A DNA stretch of 64,000 nt, from contig NIVC01002811.1 of NCBI GenBank assembly GCA_002269645.1, forward strand, positions 170,578-234,577. Reading direction: 5' to 3'. Positions 16,926 to 30,779 of the stretch are shown one piece after another. The notes beneath the pieces are model-generated. The model was given only the letters and a program-made list of their open reading frames with translations. It ran no database searches and had not been told where the DNA came from. Both the position numbers and the translations under genes were made by a program. This DNA comes from Macrostomum lignano. Taxonomy: Eukaryota. Position 1 is the first letter of the stretch. Each line of letters begins with the position of its first letter.

Positions 16926-19900
16926 TCAGTTGGCAGTCTGCAGCAGTTGGCCATCTTGCCGGCTGCCGCTCCTGCCCAGCATTGCGGTACTCTTGGACTG
17001 AGCGCTGAGAACAGACGGCGAGGTGCACATCGAAGCGTTCATGAACAGTTCAACGTCTCTCAGGTCCGGCCGGCCGGACGAGCCGGCCAGCAGTTTGGGG
17101 ATCCGCATGGGGTTGCGCTTCGACCTGGTGAAGCTGCCGATCAGCTCGTACCAGTAGTATGACGCGCACACCATCAGCAGCTCGGCGAATTCGAACAGGG
17201 TCACTATGCTGAACCCGATCCACAGGCCGAGGACGCCTGCGAATGGGGGGGGGGGTAAGTGGGGTCATTGGTTTGGGAGTGTTGTCCACTTGTATGCATC
17301 AACATTCCCTACACGTTCTTTCAGCCCCAGTGGGATTAATAGAGAGAAACTGAGGAATCTCTTATGCCAACCTAGGCCCCTAGAATATAGGGCAGAGCAG
17401 TTCGCGCCACTCTGGCGCCACGACCCCTGGTTCGATTCAATTCAACGCAAAGCAAAAAAGCAGCATCCAGTTAAAGGTCGCAATTGAGTGCTTCTGTTAA
17501 AAAAAAACAGAAAGACTTTGCCTTTTAATAGGTACAGTTGCTTTTAAAAATTCATGTTTTTATCGTGTCCAGTCCATCAATCTGTTTTAGAAGTCCTTGG
17601 TGACAGACGGCAAGTCAACGGACAATTCTCAGTTTAAATTCCAAGTCACTTCACCAATCGGGTTCGTGGGGAGAGTGGGGTCGCCAAGATTTTAATCACT
17701 CAGGGTTAGTCCGCAGCACTTGAGCTCTTGAGGGCTGCAGTCACTCTAAAATCGAGGCAGCACCAGGCCAGGGTAGAAGGGGCTGCATAAGCATTGGATA
17801 GTAAATTTTTTACCAATTAGAAGCTTACGTTCTCGCACACTTCAACGCGACAGATATGCGGTGGCCAGTGGAACCATTTGCGCTGGGAGGGTTGGGAACA
17901 GGAACTATACTCAACAAGTCTCTCGATCTGACTAATCGTTTAACTGCAGGATTGAGATCAGTTTAGCCTATGGACTGCCTTATTAGTTAGTTTTATTCAT
18001 AGTTAGCGACTAGGAAGAGACTTCGCTTAATAGGCTATTGGTATATGCGCAATGGTTCGGAATTTCAATATCACTCCGCGATAAATTATATCACATTGGT
18101 TTGGTTAGTGTCTCCGGCCAGTCCTTATAGGCTTCACTGTTCAGAGAGACGCTTGACGGATGCCCCGTTCGGTTCGTACCGTATAGCTTATTAAGCTTAT
18201 TAATAACAATAGACCAGCTTATTGGCTTCGGCTATGGTGATTTATGACTGACTGTGTCTGCCAGTGCAGCGCAGTAGGCTCAGAAGCTTTAGTCTAGATT
18301 TTGAAGTCCTTCAGTTCGCGCCGCTTTCAACCGCTTCCAACGATTTCGTGTGACCCCGTTAGCTACGATTATCTGTGAGGCAACTTTAACCATGCAAGAT
18401 AGTCTTCCTTTGTTAACACCCAGAACTCAGAAACCTGAGCTTGACCTTCACATGACCTTGAAAACCCCGAAGTCACTTGACCTTGAAGGTAAAAACACCA
18501 AGTCACGTGACTCTGAAAGTATCTAATTCATGAGACCTTAAAAGTCGCTCCCGAGCTGCAGCATGACCTTGAAAGGAATCCCGACAATCTGTCTATAGCA
18601 AAACCCCGTTCAGCGCTATGAGTTCTCAAAGAAAATCGTGTATAGCGCATGGATGAATAATATATCTGGATCGCCAAAAGCTCGATTTGTTTGGTCCTAG
18701 CCATAGACAGGCACCAGCATCACAAGAAGCTGATGACGCCATGAATTTATTGTCTTCACTTGACTCTCATTTGTCAAGTTTGCTTGCAACTTATTTGGCT
18801 GTTTGTTTTCGCCTTTTATTGTTTATTTGTTCGTCAAGGTTTGCAGCTTCTGCAACTGCTATTTGTCTATGTGTGAAAGTACGGCGTCATGAGCTTCTTG
18901 TGATGCTGGTGCCTGTCTATGGCTAGGACCAAACAAATCGAGCTTTTGGCGATCCAGTTACATTATTCATCCTTGGTATAGCGTCCTTCTACTTCAGTTG
19001 TCCATGGACTCTATTTCCAGACTCCAAGACTCTATTTCCCGTTAAATTTATGAATAAATATCCTATGATAGGCCGTCACAACAAACCTCATACTGCGCTA
19101 TTAATTATTCCATTAGCCGGTTTTATAAGAATACTTTGGAATACTCGGTGGACATCTGCGAGAGAAAAATAGATTTGGAATCTCGGTCATCACTGCTCAG
19201 CATAGAATTGGGTTTTTTACGACAGAATAACTGCATGGAATTATTAATTAAGCCATTAGTTGGCTGCTGTTCAGTTTTGTTAGGCTTTATAGGTCCGAAG
19301 TCCGACGTCACGTCTGCTAGCTAATGACTAAAGGTCTGCGCGTCATCTTATGTCGGCCACACGGCATGGGGGTCATAAAAGCAGGAAGATCCAGGTAATC
19401 CCACTTCACACCGTCAAGTTATTTTTATACATTTGACCTTGAATCATGCACGCTGCGCGTGAAAGGACTAAGAAGGTGGTCCTTGGTCCTAAGCTGGTTA
19501 TCTGATAGAAGCAGACAAGAATATATCTTGTCTGATCCAAATTTTCCAACACTGATCCCTTACTGTAAACGTACCAGGGTATACGTACTCCGACGCACCC
19601 TCGCACAGGGTGTACAAGATTTACGTAGAAAAGCCTTCTTTTACGAAAACAGTTCTATGAAATTTTTGAAGTGCCTTTCCTACTTGAGAAGTCTTTGACC
19701 TGCCCCTGCCTGCAGTACCACAGCAGTTCAGGGTTCAAATCAATAACCGTCTGTTCTGGGGTTTTCTTTAACTGTAACCCGAATTGACACTGCCCATGCC
19801 ATGTGGTGCTTCAGTGCGTAATACCCCTACCGAACAACAGAAGTGCAGAGTGGTAGACTCTACTGAGCTGGAAGAATCTTGTTTTTTGAAAGCTCCCTGC

Positions 19901-21826
19901 TGGATTGAGATAATTCGAAAATCACCTGACGCTTAAGGCACACGTGCAGGAATGCGAGGGCTAATTCTAATTGTTAGTGTGCCGCAACAGTTGTTATAAT
20001 GTTTAGTAGGCCACAACACCAAACAGCCACATCACCAAACAGCCACATCACCAAACAGCCACATCACCAAACAGCCACATCACCAAACAGCCACATCACC
20101 AAACAGCCACCTCACCAAACAGCCACCTCACCAAACAGCCACACAATACAACACAGTTAGCACCATAAAAGCCTATTCTGTAGAAAAAGAAACGCACCAC
20201 CCATGTCCGAGCAGAGATTGACCAGCTCGTAGCTCCTCTCCTCAATGATGTGCCGCACGGTGAGCGTCTCCGGGTAGACCCGCAGCTGCACTATGGATCT
20301 GCGCACGAACAGCTGCACCCGGTGGCACTCTTTTGGCTCCGGCACCGTCATGTCCTGCGTGTCGTAAGTCTGGCAGCTGTTGGTGTTCAGCTTGTGGTGC
20401 TGCATCGACCGTGCCAAAGCCGACACCGGCATCTCGTCGCCGTGCTGTCGCTCGTACTCGTCAAGCATCTGAGCAATTTTTATCATCTGAATCTGAGCGT
20501 TGCGCACCTTGAATGAGTCTTCAGGCCAAGGGCACTGGGACAGGCTGTACGAGTACTTATTGTAGTTGCAGGAGTCGTAGCAGCTCTCCGGCTTCACTGC
20601 ATTCTCGGACACATTGTCGGCGCACATCATCCTGGTTAGGGGCACGTCCAGGCTGGGGTCCATCTGTCGCATTAGTAAGCCGATCTTGATGTAATCGCCC
20701 AGGCCTTGGGGTGGCCCCTCCAGGCTGTCCAGAGCCTTCCTGTAGAGTCGCTTCACAGCGGCAACTCGGCCTGGAGTCGTCACCCCGATCAAGTCGTGGC
20801 AAAAGCTCTCGGTGGTGCTGTTGAAGCCAGGTTTCAGGATCACGTGACTCTCGAGCAGACAGGTGCAGAGCTTGTAAACTTCCTGATGGTACTCGGCTTT
20901 GATGCAGTCGAACAGTTGACGCTCGTAGCTTCGAGTGAAGTTGAACTGATTGTCGAATAGCTCCAGCTGCACGTCCGGCACGCACGGATGCGTGGGCGTG
21001 TTGGCCAGAGAGGTTTTCACCTGCTCGAGGCCGACAGCGGTCAGCGTACCGGTGGGCGCCATGATTCCGTACTCTAACGGGTGCGGGATGGTGTCCCGCT
21101 GGTGAATCTGGAACCGAATGCCGTTATTTTCTAGTCCGGAAGCAAGCCTGGCCAGGCTGTCCAGCTTGAAGCTGGGGTCAGCCGAGGGCACGTAGAGCAG
21201 CAGGAAGAGGCCCCGGTCCATGCCGCTGCTGCGGAGGTGCCTTGCCGGCGGCTTGAATGTGAAGCAGTTGGTGTACAGTCGGTGGTAGAACACCCGGAAG
21301 TTGTGATGACTGCAGGGCTCGCCGTCGAATGTGCAGTAGAGCACCATGTCCATCGGCCGGATGTTTACGTTGGTGATGTTGAGCAGGTGCTCCCAGGTGG
21401 TATAGATCATTTCGATTGCTTTGCGTTCCTTCCGCCAGTCGTTCTCGGTGCCGAAGTGGCTGTACACCAGGCTATAGGTGATCACCCGTTCGTCCACTCT
21501 GTCGGCTTTTTTGCCAGTTCTGCGCTGCTGTTGTGAAAGAATCGCTTATTGAGCGGGTCGCAGAAGGTCAGGTCTGGAAACTCGAACGAGTTCGGCTCCT
21601 GCCGGTTGGTGCTGCTCACTGGATACTGCAGGTAGGTCGTCACCTGTTTTGTCGCGTGAATGATGGCACCAAGCAGGGCGCACGACACAATGCCGATCCA
21701 GACCATGCGCACCCAGTTCTGGCCGGAGTTGATCCTGCTGAATCCGTGTGCCGTTGTACCGCTGGTGAAGTTGTGTACGTAGCCGCGAAGCATCGCTCGA
21801 CGACTGCGCTGCAAGTCTGACGTCAT
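16926..21826 (-). CDS. DEG/ENaC family cation channel, about 645 aa; exons 21826-20201 (one-base frame break at 21507-21512) and 17236-16926
   Basis: ATG at 21826, pre-TM1 TTAHG motif, TM1, FPDLTFCD, a Cys-rich ectodomain, and TM2 SDMGGVLGLWIGFS with a GxS filter. The two ORF-track frames join only if one A is added in an A6 run or the ribosome slips -1. Confidence 0.9.
18648..18975. mobile_element. MITE family B, about 100-bp TIRs, 8-bp TSD GTATAGCG, inside the DEG/ENaC intron
   Basis: The ends catggatgaataa and ttattcatccttg are inverted. GTATAGCG occurs at 18640-18647 and 18976-18983. Confidence 0.9.
20015..20145. repeat. 16-bp minisatellite (accaaacagccacatc), DEG/ENaC intron
   Basis: Direct tandem units. 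Confidence 0.92.
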
Positions 21827-22771
21827 TTTGCAAGTCTCTGGCCAGACTGCTGGGAGTCCACAGCATATTGTCCAGACTACTGCATGGCGCCGTGCGAGCG
21901 AGTTTTAACAGTAGAGATTTACCGCTCGAAAAGCTTAGAGGAGGCCGTTCATATGTATATTAGAGTTCAATCTAGTTCGGGTTGGGTGGCACAGCTAGCA
22001 GCCAATGGTGGCGCTCTCAGTCATTCGCTTCCTCTCAGTTGAGGCACAAATATAGCTTGTATTCAGTCGAAGCCATGCGTATTGGGCACCACATTGAGCG
22101 TTGCCAGCCAATGTTTTACGTCTTTTTGCGTTCTAATTCGATAAAACTGCATTCATTTTCATCTTCACCATGAACGCAGTTTTATCGAAATAGAACGCAA
22201 AAATGTGTAGTGTTTGAACAGTTAATGGTGAAGCCAGTGTAAGTTTAGCAGTTCTGTGCTTCCTTGGCAACCAATGCTGTAGCCATAGATAAAGTTCCAA
22301 ATTACCAATAGCCATAACGAAGTACATTATTACAGAGCAGCACTATTGCCAACGTTCTGGCGGTTGATTTAGTCGAATGAAAAATTCAGACAGTTGCCTG
22401 AAGAAAAACTTGCAAAGCTTCAGGCGCTGCATTGCCCATCATTCGTGCTGCGTGCGCGGGGCTGTGGAAACCAGCCCCACACCCGCGCCATCTGCGCGAA
22501 GTACTACTTGACTACTTGGTCCCGGATTGGGGTAGCGCTGGCTGTTATTAAGGAACTGCTTTTCTTGCACTCGTTTGGCATCGTATATTAAACTAGAAGC
22601 AATTCAACAGCAGCTTCTGCCCGTGAAAGCAGACTTCTTGGTCTGGAAAAATTGATATCTTCTGCTTTTAGGGTATCCGTGCACCGGAAACTCCCTAGCT
22701 TTAGACAGTTGCTGGGGGTGCACTAGCTGCACTGCTGGAAATAAAGTTAATTGTAGAGGAACAGTTGCTTG

Positions 22772-23545
<774 letters not shown>

Positions 23546-24002
23546 CAGCATAGAGGCAGCTAAGGCAAAAGTACAAATCGAAGGTTGGGGCCCTGACGCA
23601 GCGGCAGCAGCTGAGTTTGGGATGTGTTATCTGGGAAAGCCAAGATGCATGAAACGTGTGAGGGGTGACGCGCAGGCATAGCAATTTTGGAATCGAAATA
23701 GACACGCGACAGTTGGCAGCACAGCGTTGTTCCGCCGCATATTTGCACAACTGGATCTGGTGTGTATTGGAGCTGCAGCAGTTCAGTGCTGCTTCATGGA
23801 ATCATAAACTGCCTGCCCTTTATGTGGATGTGTCTTGAAAAATTATTTCATAGCTTTACATGTAGTGCGTTAAGAAATGTTTGTTTTAACGAAAACGTGC
23901 ATGCGTTTAAAAGTTAAGATTTTCAGCCCAAGACTTGGGCAAGGATTTAGTCGTAGAAGATCAAAAGAGTCAGGTTCTATGATCTCTAGGTACAGGGGAT
24001 GT

Positions 24003-24254
24003 GCGTAGAATAAAAAATTAACATAGAATCCTAACTTTCTAAACGAATAGCTTCATGACTATCATGTAATGGAGCTACTATGAGAAAAGCACAGCATCCC
24101 AAAGACATCTGGTCTGCCTCCTATCGAAAGCAATGATATTTTTGTGCTGAAAAATACAAACTTCATATTTACTTAGTGTATTTTTTTCGAAGAAAACCAT
24201 TTGGAAATTTCTAAAGTTTCCAAGCTTCCCGTCCTTCTTCTTGAGTAGTCCAAG
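24003..24254. mobile_element. Degenerate right arm of MITE family A
   Basis: Shares catagaatcctaa, ctgcctcctatcgaaag, tttttgtgctgaaaaa and cttcccgtccttct with 11500-11726. Confidence 0.7.
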
Positions 24255-25151
24255 TGAACTGTGCCGATCCGTTTGTCAAGCTGAATTCAAAAGTGTGCAT
24301 TTTATAGAATTAAAATAAAATTAACGTATTGTTTTTTAAAAAAAGTAAAAAATTATAGAACTATAAATGTGACCTAATTATTTACAAAAGGTCTGAGCAA
24401 TTTAAGAATTAATACAAATGATTGTGCAAAACAAAAAATGTCATTAAATCCACAACTGGGCGGGAGTTTAAGTTGACTGCGGCGACATAGTTTTTTTTCA
24501 AGGTTAACCTTACTTTAGAGAGTATTTATTTTATTTTTATGTGATTTTACACTTTTTAAAACATAAGAATATTTTCAGTATAGAATAAATAAAAATATTT
24601 GAGTCTCTTTTGGTAATTGCCGCGATGAATGTCATAGAGTCATGAGTCATTACATTCCTTTCAAATCGACTAGAGTCACGAGACTACTGGCTAGGCGAGG
24701 CAAAGCCAATTAAGTTGGTCGGATCGGATATAAATTTTTTAATTCAATTTTTAAGTCCAACAACTGCATCATCTCATAGCTCTTAATTTTATATATTAAG
24801 TGTATACTTTATTTTTATTGCATTTTATATTTATGTATTATAATAATATTAATATTACTAGTTCTTCTAACTTCTAATATTTTAAATATCTAAGTGATAG
24901 ATAGTCACTACTAACAAATCAGCCAGTGTTTTATATTAAAGGCTTCTAATTAAAATCAAATTTGACAGGGCCTTCATCACTTTTATATTTTTAAAAATAG
25001 AGAATAGATGTATATTTTTATTGTAAAGCTGATCGAAGGGAATATATCATATATTTTAAATTTTTAGGTTTTTGACTAAACTAAAAAATTTAACATACTA
25101 ATTAACCCTACATATATTCTATATTTCAGTGTGCTTAATAAACTGTTTCAC

Positions 25152-28100
25152 ATGGTACAAAGTAAGTATATTTGAAGAAATGCATATTGTTGTAAAATGT
25201 GGAAGAAACCCATCTTAATGCTGCAATATCAGTGCTCTTACCCTCAATCACTTCAGTTACAGAAGATCTAGTTCGGCGAAGAGCTGAACACAATGAGTGC
25301 CAGATCAGCACTTTGGAAGAGCTGTCTCTGCATCAGCAAGATATTGAAAAGTGAGCTCAAATATTTGCTTTTTAAATTATTAATTAGATTTTCAAATTTT
25401 TAACCTAATTATATTTTCTATTGACAGAATCGAACACTTGGACAAGTGGTGCAGAGATCTGAAAATTCTATACTTGCAGAGCAACCTGATTGGCAAAATT
25501 GGTGAGTTTGAAGATCCTAATTAAAATCTGATTTTTATTTTACATTCAGAGGTGCCACTATTTTCTTCAAGTGGGGTGCAATTAAAAAGAGGGAGTTCTG
25601 GCGCCACCTCCCTCAAACCAGTTCTGGCGCCACCTCCCTCAAACCAGTTCTGGCGCCACCTCCCTCAAACCAGTTCTGGCGCCACCTCCCTCAAACCAGT
25701 TCTGGCGCCACCTCCCTCAAACCAGTTCTGGCGCCACCTCCCTCAAACCAATTCTGGCGCGTTCTTGGGCCAGCTTATTTACATGTTGACACCCCAAACC
25801 CGCCGTATCCGCACGCAGAGAATGTTGGCCGGCTAAAGAAACTCGAATACTTGAACTTGGCGCTAAACAACATTGAGCGAGTGGAGAATCTCGAAGGCTG
25901 CGAGTCTCTGGCGAAGCTCGACCTGACGGTGAACTTCATCGGAGATATTCTGTCCTTGGCCAGCCTGACAGGCCTGGTGAACCTTAGGGAGCTCTACCTC
26001 ACTGGGAATCCTTGCGCCCAGTTCGAATCCTACAGAGATTTTGTTATCTGCACGTTGCCGCAGCTCAAGGTTTGACCATCTGATCTCTTCTGAGAATTTG
26101 ATGCTCCCTTCGAAATTAAGAAGTCTTCTCTTTCCTCTTTCAGTACCTTGATGGAGAAGAGATCAGCCGGTCCGAGCGAATCAAAGCTGAACAGGTGACT
26201 CTTTATTGAAGTACGAATTTGATTGGAACCTAAGTAGTACAATTCTAAATGACGTTAAAAAATCTAGTTCATTGCTAAAGTACAAGTATAATTCTAATGC
26301 TAAGGTTTTAGTGGACGCTTTGTAAGTCAAATAGACGCAAAAAGCAAATTTAAGGTCGACATTAAAGTGCAAATCTTAGTGCAGTAGCCGCTAAATGTAC
26401 AACTATAACTGGCACTAAAGTACAAAAAATGTAGACAATAAAGTAAAAATCAAGGTACACACTAGGGTACAAATCAAGGCAGAAACTAAAGTACAAGTCG
26501 AGGCAGACACTAAAGAACAAGTCAAGGCAGACACAAAAGTACAAGTCAAGGCAGACACTAGAGTAAAATCAAGGCAGATACTAAAGTAAAATCAAGGCAG
26601 ACACTAAAGTAAAATCAAGGCAGACACTAAAGTAAAATCAAGGCAGACACTAAAGTAAAATCAAGGCAGACACTAAAGTAAAATCAAGGCAGACACTAAA
26701 GTAAAATCAAGGCAGACACTAAAGTAAAATCAAGGCAGACACTAAAGTAAAATCAAGGCAGACACTAAAGTAAAATCAAGGCAGACACTAAAGTAAAATC
26801 AAGGCAGACACTAAAGTAAAATCAAGGCAGACACTAAAGTACAAGTCAAGGCAGACACTAAAGTACAAGTCAAGGCAGACACTAGAGTAAAATCAAGGCA
26901 GATACTAAAGTAAAATCAAGGCAGACACTAAAGTACAAATCAAGGTAGACGTTAAAGTACAATTCAAGACGACTCTAAAAGTACACCCGTTTTTTATTTT
27001 TTATCAGTTTCTTACAATAATTCCTATCTTTCTTATCAACTAAAACTCAGCCACCCATCATCACGCGCACAGAACTACCCGTTTATTTACGAGCGCACGC
27101 GTCAAGCGCAGGCGGACTGGGCCAGACAGCGGGAGGTCGAACGCCAGGAAGCGGCCGAGAGGCAGCGGGAACGGGAAAAACTGAAGGCTGCGGGTGCCGG
27201 ACTGGATGAACAGTGAGGCACTGGCAGATTGGGGATGATGGCAGTGAGGCACTGGCAGATTGGGGATGATGGCAGTGAGGCACTGGCAGATTGGGGATGA
27301 TGGCAGTGAGGCACTGGCAGATTGGGGATGATGGCAGTGAGGCACTGGCAGATTGGGGATGATGGCAGTGAGGCACTGGCAGATTGGGGATGATGGCAGT
27401 GAGGCACTGGCAGATTGGGGATGATGGCAGTGAGGCACTGGCAGATTGGGGATGATGGCAGTGAGGCACTGGCAGATTGGGGATGATGGCAGTGAGGCAC
27501 TGGCAGATTGGGGATGATGGCAGTGAGGCACTGGCAGATTGGGGATGATGGCAGTGAGGCACTGGCAGATTGGGGATGATGGCAGTGAGGCACTGGCAGA
27601 TTGGGGATGATGGCAGTGAGGCACTGGCAGATTGGGGATGATGGCAGTGAGGCACTGGCAGATTGGGGATGATGGCAGTGAGGCACTGGCAGATTGGGGA
27701 TGATGGCAGTGAGGCACTGGCAGATTGGGGATGATGGCAGTGAGGCACTGGCAGATTGGGGATGATGGCAGTGAGGCACTGGCAGATTGGGGATGATGGC
27801 AGTGAGGCACTGGCAGATTGGGGATGATGGCAGTGAGGCACTGGCAGTGAGGCACTGGCAGATTGGGGATGATGGCAGTGAGGCACTGGCAGATTGGGGA
27901 TGATGGCAGTGAGGCACTGGCAGATTGGGGATGATGGCAGTGAGGCACTGGCAGATTGGGGATGATGGCAGTGAGGCACTGGCAGATTGGGGATGATGGC
28001 AGTGAGGCACTGGCAGATTGGGGATGATGGCAGTGAGGCACTGGCAGTGAGGCACTGGCAGATTGGGGATGATGGCAGTGAGGCACTGGCAGATTGGGGA

Positions 28101-30307
28101 TGATGGCAGTGAGGCACTGGCAGATTGGGGATGATGGCAGTGAGGCACTGGCAGATTGGGGATGATGGCAGTGAGGCACTGGCAGATTGGGGATGATGGC
28201 AGTGAGGCACTGGCAGATTGGGGATGATGGCAGTGAGGCACTGGCAGATTGGGGATGATGGCAGTGAGGCACTGGCAGATTGGGGATGATGGCAGTGAGG
28301 CACTGGCAGATTGGGGATGATGGCAGAGGCACTGGCAGATCGCAGTCTGATTCACCCGCAGGTTCATGCAGGAGAAGGTGCCCTACACGCCCGAATCGCG
28401 CATTGAGACGCACGAATTTATGCAGGAGAAGCGGCGGCGCGAGAATCCCGAGCCGTGAGTTGAGCTGGCATGAACTGCTCTGCCTTGCCTGTCTGTCTGC
28501 CTGTCAGGATAAATTTAGCCAGCCTCCCCCATCGATGCCCCCGCAGCGAAAAACCGGCCCCGAAGCAGCACCCGCTGTTTTTCCCGGACGGCCGACCCTA
28601 CAATATAAACGAGTCAAAGTGAGTCGTGCCAAAAATTGATTGCTCGGCTTACTTTAAAATCATTGTCACAAGCCAACCAGCTCCTACTGGACTGCAGACT
28701 CGACTTCACACTCACTGACGATGAAGAGAACAATGCCTATATTCTGGACGTCGCGGTGTTCAAGTGAGTGAGGCTGGGAGGCTCCGGAGATCCGGAAAGT
28801 ACATGCAAGGGAATTTATTGTGAAATTAGAACTTTTTGAAATTACTAGATTCGGACAGTCGGGGAATTACTAGATTCGGACAGTCGGGGAATTACTCGAT
28901 TCGGACAGTCGGGGAATTACTCGATTCGGACAGTCGGGAAATTACTAGACTCGGACAGTCGGGGAATTACTCGATTCGGACAGTCGGGAAATACTAGATT
29001 CGGACAGTCGGGGAATTACTCGATTCGGACAGTCGGGGAATTACTCGATTCGGACAGTCGGGGAATACTAGATTCGGACAGTCGGGGAATTACTCGATTC
29101 GGACAGTCGGGGAATTACTCGATTCAGACAGTCGGGGAATTACTCGATTCGGACAGCCGGGGAATACTAGATTCGGACAGTCGGGGAATTACTCGATTCG
29201 GACAGTCGGGGAATTGCTCGATTCGGACAGTCGGGGAATTACTCGATTCGGACAGTCGGGGAATTACTCGATTCAGACAGTCGAGGAATACTAGATTCGG
29301 ACAGTCGGGGAATTACTCGATTCGGACAGTCGGGGAATTACTAGATTCGAACAGTCGGGGAATTACTAGATTCGAACAGTCGGGGAATACTAGATTCGGA
29401 CAGTCGGGGAATTACTAGATTCGGACAGTCGGGGAATTACTAGATTCGGACAGTCGGGGAATTACTAGATTCGGACAGTCGGGGAATTACTAGATTCGGA
29501 CAGTCGGGGAATTACTAGATTCGGACAGTCGGGGAATTACTAGATTCGGACAGTCGGGGAATTACTCGATTCGGACAGTCGGGGAATTACTCGATTCGGA
29601 CAGTCGGGGAATACTAGATTCGGACAGTCGGGGAATTACTCGATTCGGACAGTCGGGGAATTACTCGATTCAGACAGTCGAGGAATACTAGATTCGGACA
29701 GTCGGGGAATTACTCGATTCGGACAGTCGGGGAATTACTAGATTCGAACAGTCGGGGAATACTAGATTCGGACAGTCGGGGAATTACTAGATTCGGACAG
29801 TCGGGGAATTACTAGAATGTTCAGAGAATTCTCCCTGCCCGCCGCAGGCACATGGACACCAGCTTGATCGACTGCGATGTGCAGCCCCAGTACATCCGCG
29901 TCACCGTCAAAGGCCGCCTGCTTCAACTGGCCTTGCCTGGCGAGGTCCGCACCGACGAATCCTCGGCCGTACGCTCAGCCACCACCGGCCACCTACTGGT
30001 CACCATGCCGAAGGCGCATGGAGAGCCGCTGCGAAAATCGGCGGCATCGGCGGCTGTAGCCAAACCGGCAGCCGCCGTTCCGCCGACAACGAAAACGGAG
30101 TCGCAGCCGCGCCACGCCTACTTGGAAGTCGACGAATCCAGCAGGCGAGGCGTCGTCGACCTCCGTGTGGTGCCGCCAGAAGCCGACAAGGTCAGCGGCG
30201 GCAAAAACGGCGGCGGCTTTGCTGGCCGGTCAACAGCGAAGACCGCCGTTGAGCGGCCGAATTCGCCGGGTTTTGTTGACGATCCCGACGTGCCGCCGCT
30301 GATCTGA
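25152..30307 (+). CDS. DNAAF11: Dynein axonemal assembly factor LRRC6/tilB, 436 aa; exons 25152-25161, 25257-25350, 25428-25501, 25819-26069, 26144-26194, 27073-27212, 28362-28454, 28547-28618, 28698-28763, 29848-30307
   Basis: Translation reads [17 protein letters not shown]...LEELSLHQQ, LRRs ending [22 protein letters not shown], then [10 protein letters not shown] and a CS-like domain [23 protein letters not shown]. All 10 exons are phase-consistent (1311 nt). Confidence 0.96.
25600..25760. repeat. 26-bp minisatellite, LRRC6 intron 3
   Basis: Unit cagttctggcgccacctccctcaaac. Confidence 0.93.
26440..26960. repeat. 23-bp minisatellite, LRRC6 intron 5
   Basis: Unit aaatcaaggcagacactaaagta. 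Confidence 0.95.
27211..28340. repeat. 31-bp minisatellite filling LRRC6 intron 6
   Basis: Unit gcagtgaggcactggcagattggggatgatg, with two shortened 14-bp units. Confidence 0.98.
28845..29817. repeat. 24-25-bp minisatellite, LRRC6 intron 9
   Basis: Unit tcggacagtcggggaattactagat. Confidence 0.97.
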
Positions 30308-30779
30308 CCTACTCGTATTTTCATTATGCATGTACCCGTAGCTGACACATTTTGCCGATATGATCGAAAAAAGTTTTGCTTTAACAAGCAAAACTTTACT
30401 TTAACATTCTGAGTGTTTTATTAATAATAAACTTGTATTTTACCGCATTATTTGGCGCATTTTGTCACTGTGCTTAACTTTATTTCATACCAATTGCATG
30501 TACAAGCGTATATACATGTACTTACTTGATAATACACACCTAGCCGTCCATTTTAATTTAGTTGATTTGTTGCTTACAAAATAGAGAAACAATAATTCCT
30601 TTCAGCGTCAATTGCTTTTAAGATAATTTAACTGCCTGCTTTTGGCTCTTCCACAATGTTTCCTATGAACTAATTGACCACTTTTTGGATAAATATATAC
30701 ATTACATATACATTCAGCAACATTCTGGTCTGGTCTGGTCTGGTCTGGCTGCAGCGGCGCAGAGTGAAGGGGGCTGGAA

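Noticed and set aside
27061-28413. Cys/His-rich ORFs of 400-450 aa, and similar ORFs at 22.6-23.7, 36.4-37.4, 49.6-50.5 and 58.0-60.9 kb
   Set aside because: They are repeat translations inside defined introns or intergenic arrays, with no unique flanking domain.
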